A stretch of 64,000 nucleotides of DNA from Octopus vulgaris (Eukaryota), in the NCBI GenBank assembly GCA_951406725.2, contig OX597823.1, positions 110,732,001-110,796,000 on the forward strand, given 5' to 3'. The notes under the pieces are model-generated. The model was given only the letters and a program-made list of their open reading frames with translations, was not told the origin of the DNA and ran no database searches. The translations under genes and the position numbers were made by a program. Positions 26,530-37,392 of the stretch are shown here, one piece after another; within the stretch, counting starts at the first letter, position 1; the number at the start of each line of letters is the position of its first letter.

Positions 26530-27063
26530 AAGGCGGCGAGCTGGAAGAATAGTTAGCACGACGGGCAAAATGCTGATCGGCATTCCGCCCGTCTTTACGT
26601 TCTGCGTTCAAATTCAGCCAAGATCGACTTTACCTTTCATCCTTTCGGGTTCGATGAAATAATCACGAGTTACTCACTACGGTCGATGTTACCGACTTAT
26701 CCTTTCCCCTCACACTCTAAGGCCTTATGCCTATAGCAGAAAGGATTATCAGAGCCATTATCATCATTGTTCTCATCATCCTCATTGGCATCAGCGGTCA
26801 TCAATGCCATCATTATCAATATCGTTAATACCTATTTCTCTACTACCCACAAGGGGGTAAACACAGATGGGACAAACAAGGACAGACAAATGGATTAAGT
26901 CGATTATATCGACCCCAGTGCGTAACTGGTACTTATTTAATCGACCCCGAAAGGATGAAAGGCAAAGTTGACCTCGGCGGAATTTGAACTCAGGACGTAG
27001 CGGCAGATGAAATACTGCTAAGCATTTCGCCCGGCGTGCTAACGATTCTGCAAGCTCGCCACC
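26530..27063. mobile_element. Two family-A SINE copies in opposite orientation (26530-26750 +, 26830-27063 -)
   Basis: aggcggcgagctgg head on the + strand; cctatttctc...gctcgcc on the - strand. Confidence 0.85.
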
Positions 27064-27524
27064 GACATCATTAACATCTTCATCATCACCATGTTTTCCA
27101 TCCCTAAAATTATCATCATCTTCGTCACAATTAGTATCAACGTCTTCAACAGTCCCTTCTGATCATCATCGTTACCATTAGCAATGCAATTACTATAGTC
27201 GTTTTTTTAATATTTTATCGCAGACAATTGTCATCTTGAAAATAATATATGAGAACACTGTATATCCACTGTTGGGTCACCAATGCCATCTACGACAACG
27301 ACAAAGGAATAAGATGAAATTACACTTCTTGCCAAGCCTCCAAGGAATAAATGTTCCATAAAACAAACAGAAATTTAACTACACTAAAGCATATTCAAAT
27401 AGCCACACACGAAAGTACATAGCCATATGTATACGTATATACATAAGTATGTATGCGTGTATATATATAAATCTATACATATACACATATATATTAATAT
27501 ATATGTGTATATATACATGATTTG

Positions 27525-27720
27525 GAGTTGAAAAGTTCTTGGCTTTGGGTAAAAGAAAATACAGGAGGATCTGTTAGTTATGATTTTATTCAACGTATTT
27601 CCCTCTCAGATTCACACACTTATCGCAGCAGTCCTTCAGTTTTACTAAACCCTGTAAGACAACTAGGAAAGGTGGCCTCCAACCAGGTCTTTCGCGATAC
27701 ACTTAAAGCCTAGAACCTTT
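27525..27720 (-). mobile_element. Mariner 3'-end fragment
   Basis: Minus strand encodes KLKDCCDKCVNLRGKYVE* (cf. W.KCV...G.YVE), followed by a terminal-like aacttttcaactcc. Confidence 0.6.
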
Positions 27721-27875
27721 TAGCACACTCCTCTGTGTGTGTGCGTGCGCGCGTGCGTGCATGAGAGACGGATGATGGAAGATACCCAACGAACACTGAG
27801 CCTACGAACGTGCTTTACCGGTGAACAACCTGCCATATATCATACGATTTATTAATACACACACACACATATTTA

Positions 27876-27954
<79 letters not shown>

Positions 27955-27958
<4 letters not shown>

Positions 27959-28584
27959 AAATGGGGACGGTTTCCCGTCCATAAAGGGTTTAGCTTTATG
28001 GCGTATTGTCAGATCCAAAAACCTGTTGGCCCATGACCTCTTTTAAGAGTGGGCTTCTTTCGGATTTATGTTTTTTGCAAATGATGACCCTGTCATTTTT
28101 CTCGCCTCTCCTTAATTCTTCTGTCCCTCTACCTCTACCTCTCTCTTTTCTCTCCCCACATAACCTGTGTTCGGCCAAGCCTGACCTTCTTGGTTCGGCA
28201 GCCGTCCGTGCAACATCAATATTCTTCCCTCTACCTGTGAAACCTTGTATCCCTGCCGTAAGGCATTATTTCCACACACACCAGCTTAATTCGTCCTTAG
28301 TCGAAAGACACCTGTTGTTATGTCCTGTTATTTGTATTTGTGTAACTTTCTCCGTTTTTTCCCGTCCTTCTTTTTGTATACATTCGCTGCTTTCTTCGAA
28401 GGAATCTAATACTCTTAGCTTATTGTTTCCTTGGGGCTGGCCAGATTGAAGATAATCTGGAACTCGACTGAGGAAAGAAAACTCCGAATGACCCGTCCTT
28501 GTTTTCTTTGTATCGTCTATCTGGATGTTTTGTTTCCCTTTTTTTATCACCTAACTGGATGTTTTGCGTTCTTGTCCCATCTTG

Positions 28585-28585
<1 letters not shown>
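27955..28585 (+). repeat. Unclassified pyrimidine-rich repeat-like segment between (TA)n and (ATT)n
   Basis: GC-richer block sharply bounded by microsatellites. No coding similarity recognised. Confidence 0.35.
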
Positions 28586-28654
<69 letters not shown>

Positions 28655-28802
28655 GTTATTATTATTATTATCCATACATAGATGTAGATAGATAGATACT
28701 CATGTATGAATATATGTGGGTGTATACGCATACACATGCATATATATATATATGTGTATGTGATGAGTGTGTTTTGCTTTATTGAGGTAAAAACTTCACA
28801 AA

Positions 28803-28840
28803 ATGTTATTTAGAATTTCGTGTAACCGATCATCTGACAG
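28803..28840 (-). ncRNA. Degenerate minimal hammerhead-like motif
   Basis: Minus strand ctgt-CAGATGA-tcggttacac-GAAA-ttctaaa-TA-acat. Same layout as 2200-2244. Confidence 0.38.
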
Positions 28841-29426
28841 AACTGAAATCTTAGATTAATACAATGGTATATAAATGTTTATAAATAGTGCCAAGATAAT
28901 TATTTGGTAACTTATCAAATAAGCATTTAAATCCGATTGGAATCTGTTGGATAAAGTGATTGACCGTAGACAAACTATAGTTTGAATATTAACATTGAGT
29001 AAAAGTCGAATTAAAAGCATATATACAAGTTTATATTCTTAATAATAGCAGAATCATGGAAAAGTCGTTTTATAAACGAAGAGTTTGTGAAAAAGATTCC
29101 GTTAGAAGTAAGGATTTAATTCCAGACAAGTGCCAATGAATATCCGCCCAAAACAAGTAAATAAATTACATATAAACAGATAATTCTGCTATGTGGAAGA
29201 AGTGGGGTTCATGCCAGGCGGAAAAGAAAGCGTAATAGAGAGAAAAAGGAAAAGCTAAGAATAAAAGGTAATGGGAGCTAAGTTTACATATAAAAAGAAA
29301 AAAAACATTAGTTACAAGTGACAGGATGTATTCGTTATGGATACAGAGACAAATACAAATGTATGTATGCTTGTACTTATACGTATGTATGCATGTATAC
29401 ACGCACGTACGTATATGTGTATAACG

Positions 29427-29510
29427 CTCACTTCCCGAGCGTTATACTAATACATCTGTTTGTTGTCTACACCACCTGTCATCGTCATTTTTTTGTGAAT
29501 TCTCCCTATA
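29427..29510 (+). mobile_element. 3' fragment of the hammerhead-bearing short repeat (lacks the ribozyme core)
   Basis: ctcacttcccgagcgttatactaatacatctgtttgttgtctacaccacctgtc..tgaattctccctata matches 5095-5180 and 54475-54557. Confidence 0.75.
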
Positions 29511-29560
29511 TGTATATATGCATGCATGTAGGTATGCATGTATAAATGTGTATGTATGTA

Positions 29561-30077
29561 GCTATTGATCGTAGCAGGTAGAGAAGGATTGTGCACGAGG
29601 GGACAGCCATTTTTGAGAAATCTCGAGTTGTACATGAGAAAGTAAGGAGGGATGTCAGGAAGGGCATCTCTGTTGCACTTCCAGATGGGAAGGGTCTTCC
29701 TATGATGCTGATATGCAGTGTCTGTGCAAGACCCTACCTCAGTAAAGCTGGACTCAAGAGTCATCTTCGTAGTCATAAAATGAGACAGATGAGTGACAAC
29801 CTGGCCACTGGTGGTGGTGTAACACACCACACTAATCATATCTGTCGGGCATGTGGAAGAGAGTGTAATTTGACAGGAGGACTTAAACGACATGCAAAGG
29901 TACATGAAGCCCAGTTACAACTACAGCCGGCTATTACCGGTAAAAGTTTTAGTTGCCAATTTTGTACAGGACATTTTAGATCTTTAGCTGGGCTAAAAAG
30001 TCACATTCGATCACAGCACCAGTAACAGTTAAGCTTCGTGCAATGGCCATACTCGATAACGAGGGGGCAGCCATCAT
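29561..30077 (+). mobile_element. 5'-truncated RTE-clade LINE 3' end encoding three C2H2 zinc fingers
   Basis: In frame from 29561: AIDRSR*RRIVHEGTAIFEKSRVVHEKVRRDVRKG (RTE motif A.DR..WR..V..G...FE..R; TGG has become TAG). Then CSVC-X12-HLRSH, CRAC-X12-HAKVH and CQFC-X12-HIRSQH. A short 3'UTR with a ctcg-ataa-cgag stem-loop follows, and (GTAT)n lies on both sides. Confidence 0.85.
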
Positions 30078-30373
30078 GTATGTATGTATGTATGTATGTA
30101 TGTATGTAGATTAGAAGACGTAGAAGCGATTAGAAACCATGCATCAGATAGAGGAATTAGATAGACAAAGACTTAAACGTATTATTCTGCTTGATGGTGC
30201 AAAGAAGACAAAATCAAAAGACGGTCCCTCAGTTACAGAAAAACGGTTCAAATTCAAACGGACGAAGTCCTCTTGAGATTTTATTTAACGACTGAAATAT
30301 ACACAAAAACAAAATATTAGTCGAATCAGTTCTAAGTTGGAGTGATATTTTAAAACAAGGAGTAAGGAAATTA

Positions 30374-31316
30374 TCTCTCTATATATAAACGGCAGTTTGT
30401 CTGTCTGTGTGTCTGTGTGTCTGTCAGGTTGTACCCTCACCCTGACCATGGCTCTCAACCGATTCTGATGAAACTTGACACACACATAGCCCAATGTCAT
30501 AATTCAAAACTAACGCAGCGAAAATTTTGAAAAGTTCCCCCAGTTCTGAATATAATCGATAAATTCGACATGGGGTCGAGAATCAGAAACACAAACCACA
30601 GACTCGACCTTTTTAACTCTTAACTCCATCAATATCCAGCTACTTGAAGCTATTCCTGGTGATGTCCACGTCTACAAATCTATTGATAGGACAGCAGACC
30701 CCGCCGAGCTTGCCGATTATCCTGTTGAATTCCTGAATTCACTTGAACCGCCAGGCTTGCCGCCACACATCCTGAAGTTAAAAGTCAGTGCGCCCATTAT
30801 GCTCATCAGGAATTTGGTTCCACCTAAACAGTACAACGGCACACGTCTGGTTGTGAAACATTTGCCACCACATTTAATAACGGCCACAATACTTACCGGT
30901 TGTGGGAAGGGAGAGGACGTCTTCATTCCACGCATGCACCTTCAACCGTCAGGCGCTGACCTACCAATCCACTTCAGGCGTTCTCAGTTTCTTGTTAAAC
31001 TCTGCTTCGCAATGTCCATCAATAAATCCCAAGGCCAAACGCTACAAGTCGCTGGGTTACAGTTGGGCGAACAGTGCTTCGCCCACAGTCAACTCTACGT
31101 GGGCTGTTCACGCGTTGGGAGGCGCAATGATGTTTTCATGTTTTCGCCCAAAGGGACAGCTAGGAACATCGTATACACAGAAGTATTCGAGTGAAGAGAA
31201 GACATTGCAACCTATACATGCGCCTTCCTTCCCTAGAGGGAAAGGACTAGATTGGGATTAGTCGTTGCCTACTAGGGGCTCTTACATACCCGGGCAACGC
31301 CGGGCTATGCTGCTAG
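30374..31316 (+). mobile_element. Internally deleted Helitron retaining the PIF1-helicase C-terminus
   Basis: 5' end a|TCtctctatatataaac. 3' hairpin cccgggcaacgccggg (31289-31304), then CTAG|t (31313-31316). Open frame about 30622-31194 reads YPVEFLNSLEPPGLPPHILKLKV..PIMLIRNL..YNGTRL..FAMSINKSQGQTL..FAHSQLYVGCSRV..NIVYTEVF. Confidence 0.93.
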
Positions 31317-31502
31317 TATAGATATAAAATAATATATGCGCATAATCACTAACCTGGTCGATGAAAGCTATATAAGAAGCAAAAAGTGAAAACGGAAAAA
31401 ACTGTTATAACATTTTAGAAAGACTGAATGCGACGGTTGGAAGGAAACAATGCATGGTCAGAAAAAAAAGGGCAAAAAAATGAAACAGCATACCCGCACT
31501 AA

Positions 31503-31718
31503 TAATTCTTTCTACTATAGGCACAAGGCCTGAAATTTTGAAGGAAGGGGGACTAGTCTATGAAATCAACCCAGCGCTCAACAGGTACTTATTCTATCGA
31601 CTCCGAAAGGATGAAAGGCAAAGATGACACTGGCAGAACTTGAACGCAGGACAAAAGCCAGAAGAAATGGCAGTAAGCTTTTTGTCTTGTGTGCTAATGA
31701 TTCTGCCAGCTCCCACCC
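31503..31718 (-). mobile_element. Degenerate family-A SINE
   Basis: ggtacttattctatcgactccgaaaggatgaaaggcaaag...gattctgccagctc. Confidence 0.7.
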
Positions 31719-31804
31719 ATATTCGAACTAGTACCAACCGTAAAATATGTGGCTGTGAAAAATATTTATATATGTTGTTTGTTAGCAAAGACCTCGGAAT
31801 CATC

Positions 31805-32150
31805 AACTTCGTAAGAATACCTGCAACAGTTCAATAGTTTATATTTTTGGTTTAAGGCCAATTTGACCTGAAACACGATGAAGTATTTTTCACTTAAGCA
31901 TGGTGGATATTTCATAGATTGGTAGTAGGATCCTTGCACTCATTCCAAGGTCATTCATGGATTTTGAAAGGTGAAACTACCAGCTTTTTTCAATTGCTGT
32001 AAACGCTTGAACAAACTCGTTGAGGAACCTAAAAGAAGTTTTCTGCAAATAAGCATCATCGTAAAGCAGTTTTCTCTAGTTCTGGGGTGAGTTTTACATG
32101 TAGGGATATATTTTTGCGTGGTCCTAGTTCTATATGCAATTCCTTTGATA
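31805..32150 (-). mobile_element. Second PLE GIY-YIG C-terminal relic
   Basis: Minus strand PCLSEKYFIVFQVKLALNQKYKLLNCCRY (cf. CL.EKYFII..LN.R.EL...CRH), with upstream KTSFR..STSL...QLKK in shifted frames. Confidence 0.55.
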
Positions 32151-32585
32151 GGGAGGCAGTTATTTATACCTTTACAATTGCACTTAGGTTTGTCATTATA
32201 TCCATTAGATTTATCAGGTTTACTAACATTATGCTGGTTAATAAACGAGGCAAAGTCTTGGAATAAGAATAGTTAGCTTTCAGTGTTCTATAATAAATAT
32301 GCATCTTAGAAAATGCCCAGTTATTAGATTTTAAGATTCTCAAGTTAATCAGCTTTCACATTCATGTAAATTTGTCAAAAGTGACTGTCAAAAAATGGTT
32401 AGGGTAAATAGAACTACTCTAAGCATGCACCTATATATTTCGGAACAATTGGGTAAGTAGGCATGTTCTTGTAGGACTTGGTGATTCTAGAGTTCCTTAA
32501 GTGGCTCCAGTTGGATGGTCTCCAGTGTCAGTAGTGGAATCATCTGTGTATTCACATGTTTTCTATCCCATGTACAGTTTTTATG

Positions 32586-32635
<50 letters not shown>

Positions 32636-32660
32636 TGATGATGATGATGATGATGATGAT

Positions 32661-32838
<178 letters not shown>

Positions 32839-32851
32839 GTAATAATAATAA

Positions 32852-33497
32852 TAAGTGCAGAATTTGTGGACAAAACGGTAAAACCGTATGGTATATTACC
32901 AGTCAATGAACGCCACTAGCCCAGAAAGAATATAAGAGACGTCATGACAATATAGCAAGGATTGTCCATTGGATACTTTGCAACAAGTATGGACTTGACA
33001 GCAAAAAAAGTGGTACGAATATAAACCCGAAGGCTTCATCGAAAATGATAATGCAAAGATCCTATGGGATTTTATGATTCAGTGCGACTGTAAGATAGAG
33101 AATAGGAAACCAGATATAGTGTTAATTTAGAAAGAAAGCAAATGATGTTGGATCATAGATATAGCATGCCCAGTTGACCACAAGGTATACGATAAGTAAG
33201 AAAGAAAAGTCGATAGATATGACAGGTTACCTTGAAAGGTTAAGCAGTTGTGGTCGATGAAAAAGGTGATAGTAGTACCAATAATTCTCGGAACCCTGGG
33301 AACAGTGACTAAAAATCTTGAGAAGTACATGGAACAAATAGGGGATGTAATAAGGGTGGACCACTTGCAGAAAACAGCATTGCCTGGAACCGCTCCAATA
33401 CTCCGGATGGTGCTCGAAAAATTAGGGGTGTTACCTTAGTTCACTGGTAGCGAACAGCTGACACCGTAGTACATCTCCAAGCTGTGCAAAGACAGTA
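32852..33497 (+). mobile_element. R4/Dong-clade non-LTR retrotransposon 3' end (CCHC-type knuckle plus restriction-like endonuclease), decayed
   Basis: KCRICG..YKRRHDNIARIVHW..KILWDFMIQCD..NRKPDIV..IIDIACP..VVPIILGTLG..HLQKTAL.GTA.ILR. Flanked by (AAT)n on both sides. Confidence 0.88.
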
Positions 33498-33553
<56 letters not shown>

Positions 33554-33565
33554 TAATAATAGTAG

Positions 33566-33628
<63 letters not shown>

Positions 33629-33634
33629 TAATGA

Positions 33635-33704
<70 letters not shown>

Positions 33705-33710
33705 AATAAA

Positions 33711-33743
<33 letters not shown>

Positions 33744-33799
33744 GATGATGATGATGATGATATACATCCAGCAAAGATGTGAAAAAACAAACCAAGCAG

Positions 33800-33847
33800 C
33801 TTGTAAACACAGTAACTAGTTTCCATTATTGCACAAAATGGATGTGT

Positions 33848-33895
<48 letters not shown>

Positions 33896-34070
33896 TAGAG
33901 GAAGAGAAGCAGAAAGAGAGAGAGAGAAAGAGCTGATAAGCCCTCCGGAAGTGTGCTTTGAGATTGGTGAGTCAAAGTGGTGTATCAAGAGGAAAGAGAT
34001 GTTGCCAGGGTGACTGAATCAGCATTGAGCCATGGCACGAAGTGAATTATCTCCTAAGTCAATGACTCAC
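33800..34070. promoter_or_regulatory. Candidate enhancer/promoter: dense cluster of TF motifs
   Basis: tgtaaaca (FOX, 33802), tgataa (GATA, 33934), ccggaagtg (ETS, 33945), gattgg (CCAAT, 33962), and tgagtca and tgactca (AP-1, 33968 and 34063), next to a (GA)n tract. Confidence 0.33.
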
Positions 34071-34512
34071 AGCTTAAGACCAAGGATTTTCGTCTAGGAA
34101 GCTGCATTTTCTTTCTTCTCAAACAACTTTCTACTAATAAAGAATATTTAGTTACACTTGTAAGAAACTTGTTTAATATTCAATTCTATCTTTTTTTTTC
34201 TTTCAACTCTCAACCTTTCCTTTTTTTTTATTTCTCATTCACTCGCTGTGATCCTCTCTCTCTCTCACACTCACACACCTGTCCCTTTTCCCTCTCCTTA
34301 CAGAACTACACATAACCAAGCAATCACACACATAGCTATATATTAATGTATGTTTTATTTAAGATTATCAAACATCTGATTAAGTACGTAATACATTCTG
34401 GTTGAATATGGGATTTAGTTTTATAATGAAGGGTTTTACAGTGGCTTTGAAATATTTGTGGTGGTTTGCTCTGTCAGAAAACAAACTTATACAGCTGCAA
34501 ATAACCTTCATA

Positions 34513-35385
34513 CGAGGTGCGTTGAAAAGGTATCCGACTTTATATTTTCCCGCTTAAATTAATGCCGCGTGGGCAAAATCCTTTTGGTGGCAAGTGACAC
34601 CACCCTTCCTAGGCATGCTCGAAGATTTTCGCGTCGACAGGCCGCGTCGATTCCCTTTCGTTAAGCCTGAAGTTTAGACTATAGAGCGCGCTCGTCGGAT
34701 TTTCGGTTTCGCCGGACGCATCGTGCAGAGATATTGCATCAAGTTTTTGCCAAAAGATTGGTGATACTCAAGCTCAAACCATCCAGAAGATTCAGCAGAT
34801 CTTTAGCGATAATTCAATAGGTAAAACTTAGTTCAAAGAGTGGCACAATCGCATCTCAGTGGAAAGCGAGGCGCGCTTGCGTAGGCCATCCTCAAACCAA
34901 AACGAGGAACAAATTGAGAAGGTTCGATAAAAAGTTATAGAAGACCGTCGTTTAACAATCCAAAAATTTGCTCACAAAGTGGGAATAAGCACAGGATCAG
35001 TGCATTTCTGCACGTGGAGAGTGTCATCCCCAAGGCACTAGCGGAGCAACGGAAGCAACTCCATACGGGAATCGCTCAAGAATTGCTGGACTATGCAAAC
35101 CACAACCCTGGCTTCGTGAAGCCCATCATCAATGGTAATGAGACATGGGTTAATGGTCTCTGCTCGATGGGTAGGTCATCTTGCGTGAAACCGAAAATCC
35201 AACGAGCGCTAATTACATGTCTGTACTCCAGGCGTAACAAACGGGGTGTAACGAGGACTACTGGCACTAAAATTTTCACCCGTGCGCAGGAAGAGTAGCG
35301 ACACCTCCCACCCAAAGGATTTAGCCCACGTAGTATTAATTTAGGTGGGAAAATATAAAGTCGAATATTTTTTTAACACACCTCG
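34513..35385 (+). mobile_element. Non-autonomous mariner derivative with ~105-bp inverted ends
   Basis: ta|cgaggtgcgttgaaaaggtatccgactttatattttccc... versus ...gggaaaatataaagtcgaatatttttttaacacacctcg. Internal QRYCIKF..VIEDRRLTI..VGISTGSV..IPKAL..IINGNETWV. Confidence 0.85.
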
Positions 35386-35853
35386 AATACTTTGGTCAGT
35401 CTCGTGGGATGATGGCAAGCAGCTCAATCTGGAATAGTGTAATAATTCTTTTTACTATAGGAACAAGGCCTGGAATTTGGGGGCGGGTGACTTGTCGATT
35501 CCATCGAATAGTCACGGAACTGAAGTAAAATTGGATAGAGAAGCAAAGTTTTTCTTTCTTATATTTGGAGTTAGGATATTTTTATGAGTAAATAAGAGCA
35601 GGAGAAGATGTGAATAAAAGGGAAAGGGGGATGAAAAAGATGAGAAATGTAAGAGAGGAGGAAAACGAACTGGACGAAGAAAGAGTACGGAAGAAGTACG
35701 CCCTGGTATATATATGGCAGTGGCGACATAAATGGTGGTGAATGAAATTTGTAAATCCACATCAATGTCTGAATTCACTAAACTATTTATTATTGAATGC
35801 TATATTTCATACTGTCTCTCACACATTATCATTGGTATACTATCTCCCTCCCT

Positions 35854-35910
<57 letters not shown>

Positions 35911-36034
35911 CCTCACACACTATCTCACTCTTTCACACCCAATCTATTGCTTTCACGCTTTATAGTTAGTGTATAAGTCTTGGTTGTTGTTACTGTTTTT
36001 GCTGCCGGTGAAGGTGATGGTAATGGTATGCTTA

Positions 36035-36268
36035 AAGGTGGCGAGCTGGCAGAAACGTTAGCACGCTGGGCGAAATGCGTAGCCGTATTTCGTCTGCCGT
36101 TACGTTCTGAGTTCAAATTCCACCGAGGTCGACTTTGCCTTTCATCCTTTCGGGGTCGATTAAATAAGTACCAGTTACGCACTGGGGTCGATATAATCGA
36201 CTTAATCCGTTTGTCTGCCATTGTTTGTCCTCTCTGTGTTTAGCCCCTTGTGGGTAGTAGAAAAATAG
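36035..36268 (+). mobile_element. Family-A SINE monomer with a target-site duplication
   Basis: Full head, body and tail. Direct repeat ggtaatggtatgc on both sides (36019-36031 and 36268-36280). Confidence 0.9.
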
Positions 36269-36422
36269 GTAATGGTATGCATTGTTTCACAGTTCAGGGC
36301 AGGGGACTGACTGAATAATCAGAGCATTGGGCTCACACAATTTTTCTTAATCTTTACATTCTGAGTTCAAATTGCTGGCCATATGCTTATATTGTTAGTA
36401 ATACTGTCATAGTGCTGTTGCT

Positions 36423-36740
36423 AAGGCGGCGAGCTGGCAGAATCGTTAGCACGCCAGGCGAAATGCTCAGCGGTATTTCGTCTGCCGCTACGTTCTGAGT
36501 TCAAATTCCGCCGATATGGGTGTTTATTAAGCGAAAACACCTAAAGCTCTTTCACCACAACTTTCTCTCATTCTTTCTTCCTGTTTCTGTTGTGCCTGTG
36601 TCACGCTGAATGTCTCCGAGAATTACGATAAATTTTCAGGGTCGATAAATTAAGTACCAGTTGCGTGATGGGGTCGATCTAATCGACTGGCTCCCTACCC
36701 TCCTAATTTCAAGCCTTGTGCCTATAATAGAAAGGATTAT
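36423..36740 (+). mobile_element. Chimeric SINE: family-A head and tail with a D-related middle
   Basis: A-family sequence runs to ..aattccgccga (about 36514). Then tgtttattaagcgaaaacacctaaagctc..gtcacgctgaa..ccgagaattacg, then A-family ttttcagggtcgataaattaagtaccag. Confidence 0.65.
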
Positions 36741-37354
36741 GACTGTTGCTGCTATTGTTCTCTCCCAAATAACTCCTGAATGAACAGTGTTGTCACCAAC
36801 GACACTCTAACTATGACCATCCTGTGGTTTACCAAAGTGAACCCAGAACCGCAATATTCAATGGTGGGGTATGAGTTAAGAGATTCTACTGCTATTTCTA
36901 GCAGGTTGAGTTATTTCTCACATACTAGCTCCTTCCATGGGTATAGTAACTGCTTAGCATTATTGTTGTTGTTGTGTGCATGTGTGGTAATGGTTTATTG
37001 TTGTTGTGATTCTTGTTTTCTTTGATTTTCTTTTTCTTCGACAGAAGTATTAATAGCGTTAATATTACTGTAGAGTTTATATTATTTCATAAACACCACA
37101 AACACAAAGAAATAAACACACATTCACAAACACACACACACACACACGTGTGTGTGTATGAGTATATATTGTCAGTGAGGGTGCCTTACATTTTGACAGA
37201 CCAGAGTAGAATCAATATATAAGTCTCTGTGTACGTATATGCATGTGTAATATGGGTATGTATATGGGTGTGTGTATGTATATATGTATGTATATATGCA
37301 TGTATTTATATGCATGTTAATAGATATAAATATCTATGTATATATTCATTCAGT

Positions 37355-37392
<38 letters not shown>

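Noticed and set aside
27765-27830. Hammerhead-like cggatga..accggtga
   Set aside because: Both core halves are too degenerate and there is no convincing stem I.
28465-28500. Hammerhead-like ctgagga..ctccgaatg..gtc
   Set aside because: GAAA is GAAU, and stems I and III do not pair.
29591-30025. Host C2H2 transcription-factor gene
   Set aside because: There is no real start or splice acceptor, an in-frame RTE motif with a stop lies just upstream, linkers are not TGEKP, and the 3' end is retroposon-like.
30757-31194. Host PIF1 helicase gene
   Set aside because: It is enclosed by Helitron TC...hairpin-CTAG termini and lacks the N-terminal helicase motifs.
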